Source of the DNA: Octopus vulgaris
Taxonomy: Eukaryota
NCBI GenBank assembly: GCA_951406725.2
Contig: OX597816.1
Location: 13,516,001 to 13,580,000 of the forward strand
Direction: 5' to 3'
Length of the DNA stretch: 64,000 nucleotides
Part shown: one piece after another, positions 1-14,362 of the stretch
Position numbering within the stretch: position 1 is the stretch's first letter
How the letters are laid out: each line of letters starts with the position of its first letter
Notes under the pieces: generated by a model
Databases searched by the model: none
The model's input: only the letters and a program-made list of their open reading frames with translations
What the model was told of the DNA's origin: nothing
Program-made: the position numbers and the translations under genes

Positions 1-275
1 ATTTCGGAGGCGGGTTACGTCAATTACCTGGTAATTATTTTATCGACTCCAAAAGAATGAAAGAATTCCTCGGTAGAATTTGAACTCAGAGCATGAAGAC
101 GGACGAAATGTCGCTCAGCATTTTAGCTTCAGCGGTAACGATTCTGCCAGCTCACCGTCCTAGAATCAGACAAAATACTGGTTTCAAATTTTGGCATAAG
201 GCTATCGATTTCGGGGACAGGTGGTAAGTCGGTTACATATACCCCAGTGCTCAACTGGACTTATTTTATCGACCA
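1..275 (-). mobile_element. Two partial, degenerate copies of tRNA-derived SINE family A
   Basis: Reverse complement matches the family A consensus seen elsewhere in the window (gaatttgaactcaga, tttatcgac, gattctgccagctcacc). Confidence 0.75.
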
Positions 276-419
276 GTTCTCTGCCCTAACCTTTATGATC
301 ATATTACAATCACTAGTCTAAAGACCCATTCATTCCTCTCTTTGGTTTGTTTTGAAATGTTAGAACTGATATTTCAACAAAAAAAAAAACAAACAAACAT
401 CATCCAATTCCACCTGATA

Positions 420-1480
420 CATTAGTCACTCTTCTTGCCATCGCTGTTGTTATTCGCCAGCCAAAATTCATATCAAATACGTTTTTTCCTGATCTATTCT
501 TAGTTCACAGACATGCAAATTTCTGATACTTCATCCATATTCGCATTTCCTTCTACAAACTTCACCATAAAAAATAAACGAGGGTTGAACTTCAATGACA
601 TCAACCTCAGTCTGTTCTGAAAAACCAGAAAAAATCAAAAGGATTACAAATCCTACTCGTTCTTGTCTACATGATCAAAAAGAAAAATTCTAAGTCTTGA
701 GACGAGGTAGTAGTGTCTTTATTGTTACTAATAAACAAGGGAATTTTTTGATAATATCTCAACTTGAAGATTTACGTTAGTAAAGTTTCATTATTTCTAG
801 CATTGATTCATGGCTGAATATTTGTTAAAGGAAGACTAAATTGGAATAAATCGCCTCTTAGCTTCTTTCCTTTGTCGGTACTTTTGTTGTTAGCTGATCA
901 AATTATTTAGTAATCAAATGATTACAAGCCCACCTGACCTGTAGCTGAAACGGAATCCAGTTTCTGTGTTGGCTTCGCCATTGAATTCAGCAGAGGAAAC
1001 TAATGAAATGCTTGTTAATTTTATTGTGCCCCCACCCTATGTAAACAACAATAACAACAGCATATTATTCCTATTCAGTGAGGGCCATCTGGAACACAAC
1101 GTATTAGAAATGACAGTGACAGGGGACGAATAGCCAACCTTTCCCATTATACTATGCAATAAACCATGTACGATTTCCCAGAGCAATGAACGTTAACGTT
1201 ATTAACTTCAGGAAAATTTGAGGGAAAATTTGATTTTGTGTTCAAATGTTACCGCACAGAAAATAGGAAAATGAAACAAAATTGTTTGGAATCTTCCTGT
1301 CATTGCCATTCTCCCACCTTTGAGCAATACTCAAACTGCCAGTCACTGTAGCAGAGAACAAAGTGTCACAGGCTATGAACTGCCAATTACTTAGGTTCAG
1401 AGATCATGCCTAACGCTATTTAGATTTCGTCTAGACGTTCAAAGACTATTTAAGCGTTTTGTTATTATTTTCAAGTCTTC
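420..1480 (-). pseudogene. Possible highly decayed LINE (APE endonuclease-like) relic
   Basis: The minus strand gives only fragmentary hints (an LNV.TL-like N-terminal stretch near 1440) with many stops and no intact motif. Confidence 0.25.
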
Positions 1481-2269
1481 TCCGCCATCTACTGGTTCAC
1501 TAATCGCTACAATACACGCCAATAATGTCTATACTTATAATAATCAAAAAGTATGTCTTTGTAAAATTACCTTCAGCGTTGATTAAGTTATACTGTGATC
1601 TGTTTAAGAAACAGCTAGACAATTATATGGGGGTCCTTGCTAACAAATTGTTCGTTTCGAGTAGATTACGTTTAAAATTTTTGTTGTTTTCCTGTGTTAT
1701 TAGAGAAAAATAGAGAGCAGAGCAGTGATTGAGTAAACAGAGGTAGAAGTTAGAACAGAGAGAGAGGAACAGAGAGAGAATGACAAATGAAACGAAGTTA
1801 AAAAGACTGTTAAGCTTCGTAGTTACAGACACTCAAGGAAAGGTCAAATTATATTTACACAAAAAATAAAGACAGCGCCAACAGATAAATATAGGAAAGG
1901 AAAAAAGGCGCAAATTAAGTTTGATATCGAGATGGGGATAAACGTGAAGAAAATTAGATTACAAGTTGGAACTGTAAACCTTGTTATCTTTATGTGTAAC
2001 TATGTTTATCTCTCGGCCCTCTTTCCCTTTCACACATAATTTTAGTCTTATAACTGATAAAACAAATTACTGGTGCATTAACAGTGTTTTGTTTCACTAG
2101 TCTACTATACAATAGAATATATCTTTAGTTTGTTTTTTTTAACCAACATTGTATGTAAAGGCAAATATAACCACACTAAAGATGGTATTTAGTTGCTAAT
2201 GAAACCTCAGCACAGCTTTGGTACTTGCTCGGCGAATCCCTCATTGTCTGTCTATGAAGATGTATATAA

Positions 2270-2487
2270 TTTCTCTCTAATTTTGGTACAAGTCGAACAT
2301 TTCTGAAGGGACAGGGAAGACGATTACATTGACCGCTATTCAGAACTGGTACTTTATTTTATCCCGCCCGGAAGGAGGAAAGGCAAAGTCCACCGTGGGG
2401 CCGCATTTGACTCAGAACGTTAAAAGCCTGAAAAAATACAGTTAAGCACTTTATCCGGGACTGTAACGATTCTGCCAGTTCACCACC
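2270..2487 (-). mobile_element. SINE family A, degenerate
   Basis: Contains ctggtactttatttt, gaaaggcaaagtc, ctcagaacgt and attctgccagttcacc, matching the family A reverse complement. Confidence 0.75.
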
Positions 2488-2540
2488 TCGGAACCATGTG
2501 GTTGGCAAGCAAACTACTTACCACACAGCTACTCCTACTT

Positions 2541-2795
<255 letters not shown>

Positions 2796-3321
2796 TTCTT
2801 TGCATAGTAAATTCCTTTCATTAATATCACTCAACCGTTCAAAATGTTTTACTCTTCTCATATGTTCGAAATATAAAATGGCGTCCTTAACTCTCTGATG
2901 GCAATCAATCTAAACAAATACCAGCCAGGAAGTTATATTTGTGTTTACAAATGTATGCACGTCTCTATGCATCTATTTTGAATGTTAATATCTGTTCAAA
3001 ACTTAGACACCGTTTTCCAAAATTTGACTACAAAATATATTAAAATCTCCAGCTATTTCATTTCGCCTGTATCAAATTCTCGATTGCAAGGACAGATATT
3101 GAAAAGCTCGACGGAGAAAAAAAACATAAATAGAATATTCTATGGTTAAACGTGCAAATACATCGAAATAGAATATGTACGGCATCATACTGTCCCGGAT
3201 AGGTCACACCAGGAGAATTGCTTTCGATTGTAGAATAATAGCGAACAAAAAACACATATATAAATATTTAGATACAGGATTATGGGCATATTTACACGCA
3301 TTTCAATTTATACATACACAC

Positions 3322-3646
<325 letters not shown>

Positions 3647-3823
3647 CAGGCCTATATGATATACATCAACCATATACATTCGTTGTACACATAAGTAGAT
3701 GTGTTTGTGTTTGTTTGTGTGTGTGTGTATGTGTGTGTGTATACACATTCAAAGTTACAGAAATAGTTTATGCATATATACTTAAAGAGATATTTAAACA
3801 TAATATAAATATACATACATACG

Positions 3824-3900
<77 letters not shown>

Positions 3901-3992
3901 AAATGTAATATGTGATAAATTCCTCTATTTACATAATATCGAGGTCTCTTTCATTCTTTTGTTGTCTTACCATTTCTATCAATATATATATA

Positions 3993-6554
3993 TAAGGGTT
4001 ATGACGTTTTGATTTTTTGAAAGTAAATAATTTCCTGTATCAAAACTCGATGAACAATTTTATATAAGTAAGGAACATAACCTTTATTGTACGATCTTTT
4101 TTAAAAAAGCGTCACCCCACAACTGAAGAAATCTAACACCACTTTTGACCCAAGTCCTGCAAAATTCTAGTAGGATTCATAATAACTACTCAAGTTTTTA
4201 CCAAACTTGGTGTGATGACTTAATGCAATGCAGGAGCTGTGTATCTCAAATTTCAGCTTTCAAGTTTAAGTAGTTTAAGAGTTACAGTGTTTCTAATCTG
4301 TTACCACTTAGGCCCTACTTTAGGAAATATCCTCTTCCTCTCTTTTTTATTTCTGTGACGCTAAAACTCTGACTATATTAACTGTTTTTCAAAATATTAG
4401 ACTTGTCCAACTAGAGTATCTAAAATGATGTCTCATAAGAGAAGTACTTGTGTCACTCAAAGAAACAAAATTCTGGACAAAGAATCCTGTGCAATTTCAA
4501 GACTCACATAGGAAAAAAAGACCTGTTCCTCTAAAAGAGCATTCTTTGGTAAACAACTGCAGGATACCAATGGAACTTCAAATTGTCGGTTGCTAGGAGG
4601 TACCATCAAAATAAAGAAAGAACTAAGGAAATTTCACAAGAAGTAACTTTTTTATGGCAAAATAAATTAAATTTCCCATTTTTATCAATTCAAAATATAC
4701 AAGCAAAAGAAGAAACAGTACTGAATACCTCCGATAAATGTGTAAAACGTGGAAAATACGATTCATTGAAAGGAATTTTTGACATCACAAAGGAAAACGC
4801 TGAATGGCTGTGCAGTGAGGATAGAAGGTTATATTATCTTCAAATTGAAAGCAAGGGACAGGCTGGGTATGGAACTGGAAAAACAGCCAGTTCCAAAACT
4901 ATCCATCCATTCCAAAACAAAAGTGTCCTTAATGCCAACTTCAGTCAGAGAAACTCCAGTGCCATCGTCAACGTCTGAAGCAGAAACTAAAAATGAATAT
5001 CAAGGGTCCGAAAAATCAGATGAAAAATTCACGCAAGCAACGAGGAAGTATAGCAAAACTGGAACTGCAACCAAGTTAGTAATATCTTCCAAGCTATCAA
5101 CTTAAAAAGCAACAACCGTTTGTGGACAATTATCTCAAGATGGAATCAATGTCGAGTCTCATTCCCAATCTGGTGTTTACAGATCAACTATCAAAGAAGC
5201 TGTAAAACTTAAAAAGAAAATGAAGAAAACACTATATTTAGAAAACTGGTCATTGCATTTTGATGGTAAACGTATTGATGACCAAGAATACCAAGTACTG
5301 GTTTTAAAGAATGAACAATTATAAGTTAAGCTAGATGCACTACAGTTACCAAAAGGAAAAGTTGATAATGTTGTGAAAGGAATAACAGCTGTTTTAAATG
5401 AATAAATTTATGGAACTATGTAAAAATGATTGTCACTGATACAATTTGTGTGAACCCTGGGAAAAGAATAGCATTGTCATTTAGTTACAAAGACTGTTTG
5501 CTCAAAAGGGTTTGAAAGAACCGCAATCTATTGGTTGTCAGCATCATATCCTTGATAGATTTCTTCATGTTGTAATGGATAACGAACTTGGAGAAAAAAG
5601 TCATCTCCCAGTATTAAATATACATTCATCCCAGAGCTTCTACGTAATTACGAGAAACTCCTGACTAATTTCAGCAATGGTGAAGAAAAGATTACTGAAT
5701 CAGCAGGATAGTGAGATGACATGAAATTTCTATTTCATTTAACCATGGTAATTTATTTCTTTGAAGAAACCGACAAATTTCCTATTGTAAAGTTTCAAAA
5801 AAATGCAACTTAAGTAATGCAAGATGGAATTCTCAAGCAATACTAGCTCTTTTGGCATTTATCCTTCTACCAGAGAAAAGAGTTCTACTTCTCAATGTTT
5901 GTCGATTCATCTCTTACAGCTGGGTAGAGTTTTGGTTTACTGACCAAATGTTCAATGCACATGATTATCAAAAGTTGTGAGGTAGCCTGCAAGTTCATAA
6001 GAAGCATTGAACTCTGTAAAAAACTTATGGAGTTGAGAACCACCAAAATTGGAAATTCCCAGAACAAATCAGAATGCAGAACGGGCAATCAAGTGCCCTC
6101 AAAATCTTTATGATGTTTGTAAAAAGGAGAAACTTATGCTTCGATTTATTTTATCTAACATGTTATGTTTAAAAATTTTCTAACATTCAGCACCCTTTTT
6201 CTTATAGTTATTTAAAATTGGAATTAAACGTATAAAGTAAAAAATATGTATTGTTTTTAATTTTGTAAGTTGTCAAATGCTTGTAGTGGCTTCTGTCTTA
6301 AAATAGCCTAGTTTTGAAGCTTTGCATAGAGTAATTTCAATTCAGTAATCTTAAAAATGAATAAATACACTTTTGTTCCACATCTCTCTTGCATTTACAC
6401 GGATGTAGGCAGCGGAAATACTGAAGTGTGGAGCTAGTGCCACCTAGTGATTATAGTTTTAAAAGCCCAACTAGAAAACTAAAATTTCAGATATACTATT
6501 TCTGCATTGCATTGAGTCAGCACACTAAGTTTGGTAGAAACAGTCGTAACTATA
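3993..6554 (+). mobile_element. Decayed hAT-like DNA transposon (hATm-type, tentative) with imperfect inverted ends
   Basis: Left end taagggttatgac versus right end gtcgtaactata; ~75-bp subterminal inverted repeat 4195-4270 versus 6470-6545; encloses a transposase pseudogene. Confidence 0.7.
4425..6160 (+). pseudogene. Frameshifted DDE transposase with CxxH motif
   Basis: Translated fragments LHFDGK (~5253), MIVTDT (~5427), IGCQHHILD (~5530), ARWN (~5819), NAERAIK (~6073); several stops and frameshifts. Confidence 0.8.
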
Positions 6555-6573
6555 ATGTGTGTTTGTGTGTGTG

Positions 6574-6627
<54 letters not shown>

Positions 6628-6661
6628 CATGTTCATATATATACATGTTTGCGTGTGTGTG

Positions 6662-6695
<34 letters not shown>

Positions 6696-6699
6696 TATA

Positions 6700-6965
6700 T
6701 GCAGGAGGCCGACTGGGAGAGCAATGCTTGTCATAGCCACAGATGGAGGAACGGAGGAACAAAGGGCACGTATTCTGCATGAAGAACTTCAACGTGCTGC
6801 TCGAGAGCGCACTGTTGGTGTAGTGAATGTGGAAAGCTTGGTTTGCAATGTTTGTAGTCGTGTATGATTGTCAAGAGCAGGGCACAATTGCCACCAACGG
6901 AGCCGCAAATGCTAAATTAGTCCTAGAGCGCACAATGTTCCTAAAGGTCAGCAATGGACGGCCAT

Positions 6966-6966
<1 letters not shown>
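6700..6966 (+). mobile_element. RTE-type LINE 3' fragment with C-terminal zinc-finger remnant
   Basis: EADWESNA..RWR followed by CNVCSRV*LSRAG..CHQRS, typical of RTE ORF2 C-termini; flanked by microsatellites. Confidence 0.6.
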
Positions 6967-7047
<81 letters not shown>

Positions 7048-7111
7048 AGCTGTCATGTATATATAGGTTCCCTGCTTATGTCCTGAAGGTGTGTCGACAC
7101 CGACGTGCATC

Positions 7112-8650
7112 TCCTCTTGCTAATCTGTAGAGAAACTCACTGGATGGTGGCTATATTCTTGATCACTTTCTGTCCCAGTCTGTTGTCCCGATTTTCAAAT
7201 TGAGAAACAAGTTCCTCGCAGTGAACAACTGTCCGATCTCACTCACCATTCATATCATCGAAGTATTTGAGGGTGGGGTGGGATCACAAATAACCCACTT
7301 TCTTGAAACAGACTGCTGAATCCCAACGAACATGTGTTCCGTAATGGAAGGATCCGCCTAACACAGCTCCTACATAACTTTGATGACATTTTGAGGGCTT
7401 TGGGAGAGGGCTCCAACACCGATGTCATCTACCTTGATTTCAGCAAGGCCTTTGACAGGGTTGATCATAAGATTCACTTGGAAAACCTGTCCAACATTGG
7501 TATCTCTGAAAAGTTACTACAATGGATTAAGTGTTTCCTGACGGACAGAACCCAACACGTTTTAGTCGAAGGAGTAAAATCAAGCCCAACCAAATTCAGT
7601 AGTGATTTTCCACAAGGCACTATGTTGAACCCACTTCTTTTTATCATCTACATCAATGACATTACTGACATCATCATACACAGTAACATATGAATCTTTG
7701 CAGATGATTCCAAGATCCAGAAGGCCATCAATGAAGTGAGTGACCGAACATGCCTTCGGTCAGGTCTACTGGCTGTTATACAATGGACAGAAAAGAATAA
7801 TATGCCGCTGAACGGGGATAAATTTAAGTTAATCTACTTAGAAGAGAATGCCTCGAAACACCCATACTCCCTTCCTTCAGGTGAAACTCCCATAGCATCC
7901 AACAACATCAGAGACTTGGGAGTAATTGTGGACAACAACATAAGCTGGGTCGCTCATATAAACAGCAGTTTATATGGCCTGCAAAATGTTATCCTGGATT
8001 CTCAGAACCTTCCAGTCGAGAGACATCCAAACCATTATCCTTCTCTTCTCCACTTTTGCCCAATCCCAACTTGAATACTGTTGTCCACTGTGGTTTCCAC
8101 ACACGAAACAAAGTATCATGAAAATTGAAGAACCTCAAAGGTCAATTACAAGATAGATGACATGACAGGCCTTGACTATTGGGGTCGACTAGAAAATCTC
8201 GAGTTTGATTCTCTCCAGCGCCGCCGTGAGTGATACATCATTTGCCTAATGTGGAAAATATCCCAACAGCATTGCCCAAATGATGTTGGCATCACCTTTA
8301 AGATACACCCAAGACTTAAGTTCCGTGCTATCTGCCTACAACATAAATCATACTTGTATTACATAACAACAATATGGCACAATAATTTCACCCCAATTGG
8401 CCCGCTCTCTTTAAAATTACACCAAAAGACATTAAAGCAGAAACAGACCCCATAAAGTTCAAGAAATCTTTGGACAAATTCGTTAAAAAAATGCCGGATA
8501 AACCTTCTACACCCGGATGTCTCCGTAAATAATAACTCTCTAACATGGAGTGGGCCATGTTGCCCGATTACTGATTTAAATGACTTCGTCAAGTGGTGCT
8601 ATTAAGTTAGACATGGCCTGGGTCAACACTGGCCGAAAGTATCAAAGTAT
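7112..8650 (+). mobile_element. CR1-group/jockey-like LINE, 5'-truncated reverse transcriptase pseudogene with 3' end
   Basis: YLDFSKAFDRVDH, PQGTMLNPLLFIIYIND, IFADD, LEYCCPLW motifs with stops and frameshifts; short tandem tail aagtatcaaagtat. Confidence 0.9.
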
Positions 8651-8664
8651 ACGAGAATTTTTAA

Positions 8665-8765
8665 TAATCGCGACAATTGTTTCGACATCGTTCCCTCACA
8701 GATGCGATACTTAACAACTGGTTCAGGAGCATCCGGCGGTGAAGATGTGTCTCATCGGGTGATAA
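8665..8765 (-). ncRNA. Type I hammerhead ribozyme motif with extended stem II (core U4>C, probably inactive)
   Basis: Minus strand reads uuaucac CCGAUGA GACA [~60-nt hairpin] UGUC GAAAC AAUU GUC gcgauua: stem II GACA/UGUC, palindromic stem III, GUC site. Confidence 0.75.
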
Positions 8766-8794
8766 ATAGACACAACTCGTTAAAATAGGCAGAC

Positions 8795-8808
8795 AGACAG
8801 GCAGATAA

Positions 8809-8878
<70 letters not shown>

Positions 8879-8915
8879 GGATGGATGGATAGATGGATGG
8901 ATGGATGGATGGATG

Positions 8916-8954
<39 letters not shown>

Positions 8955-8971
8955 TGATAGATAGATAGATA
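8795..8971. repeat. (GATA)n/(GGAT)n microsatellite
   Basis: Directly visible. Confidence 0.95.
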
Positions 8972-8985
8972 CGAGTGTATATTGA

Positions 8986-9220
8986 CGGCGGCGAGCTGGC
9001 AGAAACGTTAACACGCCGGGTGAAGTGTGTAGCCGTATTTCGTCTGCCGTTACGTTCTGAGTTCAAATTCCGCCGAGGTCGACTTTGCCTTTCATCGTTT
9101 CAGGGTCGATAAATTAAGAACCAGTTACGCACTGGGGTCGATGTAATCGACTTAATCCGTTTGTCTGTCCTTGTTTGTCCCCTCTGTGCTTAGCCCGTTG
9201 TGGATAGTAAAGCAATAGAT
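8986..9220 (+). mobile_element. tRNA-derived SINE family A, near full length (Meta-domain-like central block)
   Basis: A-box-like tggcagaaacgtt, B-box gagttcaaattcc, then gcctttcatc..gggtcgataaattaag block; many copies in the window. Confidence 0.9.
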
Positions 9221-9301
9221 ACGAGTGTATATGTAAATAAGAATATATGTATATGCAAATACGCAAACACATACATACCCACACGCACGCACACACACAA
9301 C

Positions 9302-9332
<31 letters not shown>

Positions 9333-10585
9333 ACACACACACACCCACATACACGGATAAAGATTGTAGAGAATTTTTGCATGCTTCTTGTTTTTGGTTA
9401 CAATGAAATCTTTCAGCTCGTCATGGGGCGAAGTGGAGGCTGGTGATTTCTGGATAAATATATAAAAATATATATATTCACTGCCAATTATTATTTTTAT
9501 AGTCGATTTTTATTTATATTTGATACTTTTATGTTTATTTATTTACCTCTTTCCGAGCAATTTAGCTTGATTTTGTTACAGTTTTGCTTCATCTTTTGTT
9601 TGGAAAGCAGTTTAATGCTTACTCATCTGTCCAAAATTAAATGAAACATTAACTCACCGTAGTTATCCATATTTACTCACCAAAATGAATAAAGTGACTT
9701 TTAACACATGACTGCACTGGAAAAGAACGAACAAGCGAACGAACGAACATAACAACAACAATAATAGTATTAAACAACAACACCAACAACAAAAGAAAAT
9801 GCTGCATTGTGCATATTCTGCTGAAATATTACTACTGAAAATAAAAATAATGTGGCGATGAAATATAATACAATAAACAATTTCAATAAATACTAAACAC
9901 GCATAGAATATAAGAAATAAATCAAAATAAAATTTCAGTGTTTGTCTACAGAAAAACCGGAAACACCGCTTTTTGTCCATTTTGTTAGGAAACGGTGGCG
10001 GTAATTAGTTTAACCTCCTTTTTCGATACTTGCAGATTCAATGATGCGTGAAGCTGCTGTAGTATTTTATTGACTATATTTTTAAGCTAAAATTGTTAAT
10101 CATATTTATGAACTGTTCTGCCTTCGGTATGAATATTAAGTTGATTTTTCATCCTTAAAAGCGTGAGTGGTATTTGGCATTGTTAAAGAAAACTCGTATA
10201 AAATGTATTTTACGGGTGAAGAAGTAAAATAAATTGCATAATTCAAAATGTACAGAATTACCTCAAAATTTTCTTTATTATTTTGGTTGTTTTTTTTGTT
10301 GTTTTTGTTGTCTTTGTTCTTATTTCGATGCAGGAATTATTCTAATGTTATTCTTACAGAAATAAATTCATATATATAATTGTGTTGTTGGTGTATGTGA
10401 GTAGATTTCGGAGGAGGGAGGTGCTTATGTGCATACGTGTTGGTATGTGTGTGTGTGTATGAGTATATATAACCGTGTTGGTATATGTATATATATATAT
10501 ATATACCAGTCACGTACGCAAGTCCGCACACACTTCTATGAAAGCTCTCGTGCTTACTCTCATACTTATTATAGAAGCCATAAAG

Positions 10586-10692
10586 TGAGAGAGAGAGAGA
10601 CAGACAGAGGAGGAGGAGCATGAGCAGGAGGAGGAGCAGGAGCAGGAGGAGGAGCAGGAGCAGGAGGAGGAGCAGGAGGTGGAGGTGGAGGA
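10586..10692. repeat. (GA)n plus (GAG/CAG)n compound repeat
   Basis: Directly visible. Confidence 0.9.
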
Positions 10693-11018
10693 TAGATGCA
10701 AAGTGAGAGGGAAAGAGTGCTTATGTATATATGCCTTCTTAATATGATAATGCATTATTTATCCGACGCACCAGTGCTTTAAAATCAATAACTTGAAATA
10801 TTTCTGACACGGTATCCATCGACGTACGTCCAGAATTTATTTAATCTAGTCATTAATGTAGTTATACCTTTAAACGAGAAAGATAGAATCTTTGACTCAG
10901 ATCTGAAAGTAAAGCCAGTAAAATGAATGAAGCTGGACTCAATAAAGCAAAACGGGTTCCCAAATCCGAAAGTAAAGAGGCATTCACACTTCAAATGCAA
11001 CTATATATATATATATAT

Positions 11019-11329
11019 AAAAATTAGAGAAAAACCACTATTATGTAATTCAAACAATGATAGACGTAAATCATACCATATAGAAAAAATAAAATATATG
11101 ATAAAACATTTACCTAGATCACAATAAAATACATGATAATAAACAGTATATAATTAATAAATAGACTACGTACGTTTCGTGGCTATATCTTCATAATAAT
11201 GCTGTTTATTATTATGTACTTTATTGTGATCTAGGTAAATTTTTTTATCATATATTTTGTTTTTTTCTATATGATATGGTTTATGTCTATCATTGTTTGA
11301 ATTACATAATAGTGTTTTTTCTCAAATTT
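11019..11329. mobile_element. (TA)n-flanked fold-back element (~130-bp arms) with a partial HHR in the spacer
   Basis: 11019-11149 is the imperfect reverse complement of 11199-11329; the spacer on the minus strand reads gccac GAAAC GUACGUA GUC. Confidence 0.8.
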
Positions 11330-11417
11330 ATATATATATGTATATTTATAATGTGAAATTTGATTTAATGCTAAATTGAATTTTTACATGTAAGTTTGGA
11401 GTTATACTCCCTAATAT

Positions 11418-11472
<55 letters not shown>

Positions 11473-12199
11473 ATATATTTATAATATATAAAGAGAGGGG
11501 GAGAGAGAAAGAGCAAGATATTTATTTATAATATATCAACTACAGACTAGGTATTAAAAATGTATTACTAGTATAAATTATATATCTGTATCCTTTTGTT
11601 GGAGTCTGAAGCTTATTCAATCGTATTTCTGCCGATTGTTCAAACGTTTATGATAAGGTATGGTACATGGGAAGAGGAAAATCATATACACATGGATATA
11701 CTTACATAGTACATGAACATTTTAATACATTACAGAAATAAACGTTAGAAAATATTATATATTCATTTATTCACCACAGCACGCAGAACGCGTGAACATA
11801 AACGTTACAGATACAGCGACTTTAGTTAACAGGTTTAGCGTTAATGAAGTCGTTTCCAATACAGGCATTTTCTGGGTATGTCAGATCCATTGAGTGTAAG
11901 ACTAAATATGTTATTCATTTACTGGTTTGACTTTTTTTCCCTATAAATACTGGTTGCTGTGTATGCAGAGATTTACTAATTCTCATAATATATTCAACAT
12001 TGCCGAAGATTCGAACTGAATGTAACGCTTCTCCTAGAGACATAGTTGTCACATTTTACAATCACAAATGTAGTGGGGATTGAGTTTTGCTTGAACGATC
12101 ACGCTTACAATTACTTATTTTAACGACATTTAATACTTGGACAAAATTGGGATAGTGAAATAGTATTCTGTCTTTCTGAACGTTTGAACCTATATATCA

Positions 12200-12240
<41 letters not shown>

Positions 12241-12255
12241 ACTATATATCTATGA

Positions 12256-12310
12256 GCTTCGTATACTTTACCCCAGTGTCACTTTGATGGCATGCACTGT
12301 TCTCTCACTC
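12256..12310 (+). mobile_element. 5'-truncated 3' end of the (AAT)n-tailed element E
   Basis: ccccagtgtcactttgatggcatgcactgttctctcactc followed by (AAT)n; near-identical to the end of 60106-60660. Confidence 0.85.
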
Positions 12311-12375
<65 letters not shown>

Positions 12376-12400
12376 TAATAATAATAATAATGATAATAAT

Positions 12401-12535
12401 AAGCTGGAAGAGATAAATATCAAAAGAGGAATCTTTCAAGAGGACAGTCTGTCACCTCTTCTATTCGTTATCTGCATGCAGACCCTAACGAGCGTTTTAA
12501 GAAAGATGCATGTAGGATACATGCTAAGCAGGGTG
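12401..12535 (+). mobile_element. R4/Dong-like RT fragment directly after (AAT)n
   Basis: INIKRGIFQEDSLSPLLFVICM, the RT GIFQGDSLSP motif. Confidence 0.8.
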
Positions 12536-13944
12536 AAAGTTCCCGTCCAGCTGGGGGAACACATACGCCACAGAAACCGGAAAATCGGACCCATGAGCCT
12601 GGCGAGGCTTGAAAAGGTCGCATAAATAAATAATATGTAGTAAATACTAATATAAACGTATTTGGGTTAATGCCTCGTTTATTGTTATTGTAAATACAAA
12701 TTTTGCCAAATATCTCTCCTCCAAATAAGCAAGTAAAATGCAAAGAGATAATTTGTCTTGCGAAGAATGTTTCCATTCTACATACATATGTTATCTACGC
12801 TCTACGCGCGAAAGGAGACTTCTATAACATAAGTGTATAATGTGTAGAGAAAATAACACCTTGAAGAATTTGGAACGGCAATAGTTTAGCTGTATAAATA
12901 AGAGATATACTTCAATCCGAAAAGATATGATATATAGAAATGGAATACTTTAAAAGAATATATATACTAGGAAGATACAAACAACTATTTAAAAAACGTC
13001 AAGATTAAAACGATTAGAACTTCAAAAATTGAACACATAAAAGAGTATGATAAACCTAAAGTGAGCCAAACCTTCAAAAGAATTAATAAACGGCAAAGAA
13101 TATCGACCAATAAACTTGAACCAGTTCTACACCAACGGATGTGTGAACGCTTTTGAATATGAAAAAGATCTGAGGAAATGAAGATCTATTGTTGAATATT
13201 TTCAATATGACGACAATCTCAAAGTGTAAACAGTTCATTTAAAATCGATAGATCTTCCTACGGACCAACAAAAGTCCCTACAAAATGTAAGACATGAAGC
13301 TAAAGTAGCAACGAAAATAAAAATGCACAAACATACTGGTTTACTAGAGGCATACTAGAAGCGGATGTAAACATCAATATCATAAGAATAAACCAACGAA
13401 TCTATGCAACAACCAGTCATCACAGCAGATAGTTGATGCCTTCTCAAGTATAGCAACATCTAAACAAAACCAAACAACGTGGAAAAACCAATATTCAAAG
13501 AGTGGTAGAAAATGAAATAAAATAAAATGGTTCAATCCTTAATGAAATCGACAAAGAAAACTGTAAAAACAAAATGGAATGACAAACAAGACTGACATAT
13601 GAAAAATAAGACAACAAAATAGGAATATCTAATATCAAAGACGGCCTAAGACAAGAGATTCTCTTCATATCTCAAAGAATCCATCATTATGAAAAGCTTC
13701 AAAGGTATTTTTAAGAAAACAAACTGTTTATCTCCGACCCGAAACGATATTACCAACAACTAGGTGAAAACAAAAGAGAAACTCACGCAGCGCTTTGAAG
13801 TATTAAGCTGATGTTTCTGTAGAAACAGAAAGAGCAGCTAAATTACTTCACTAATGAAAACATCATTCTACTCACTTGCTTTAAGAAACATCAACCCTCA
13901 AACACTACACCATTATTCCAGCTTGCCTATGAGATAATATAATA

Positions 13945-14362
13945 CCTATTTCTTTACTAACCCACAATGGGCTAAACACAGAGAGGACAAACAAGGACAG
14001 ACAAATGGATTAAGTTGATTATATCGACCCCAGTGCGTAACTGGTACTTATGTAATTGACCCTGAAAGGATGAAAGGCAAAGTCGACCTCGGCGGAATTT
14101 GAACTCAGAACGTGACGGCAGACGAAATACCTATTTCTTTACTACCCACAAGGGGCTAAACACAGAGGGGACAAACAAGGACAGACAAACGGATTAAGTC
14201 GATTATATCGATCCAAATGCGTAACTGGTACTTATTTAATCGACCCCGAAAGGATGAAAGGCAAAGTCGACCTCGGCAGAATTTGAACTCAGAACGTAAC
14301 GGCAGACGAAATACTGCTAAGCATTCGCCCGGTGTGCTAACTATTCTGCCAGCTCGCCGCCT
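13945..14362 (-). mobile_element. SINE family A dimer
   Basis: Two ~185-bp tandem bodies with a single head at 14362. Confidence 0.9.

Noticed and set aside
11600-12180. Possible decayed Penelope endonuclease region on the minus strand
   Set aside because: Only vague motif hints; too degenerate to support by eye.
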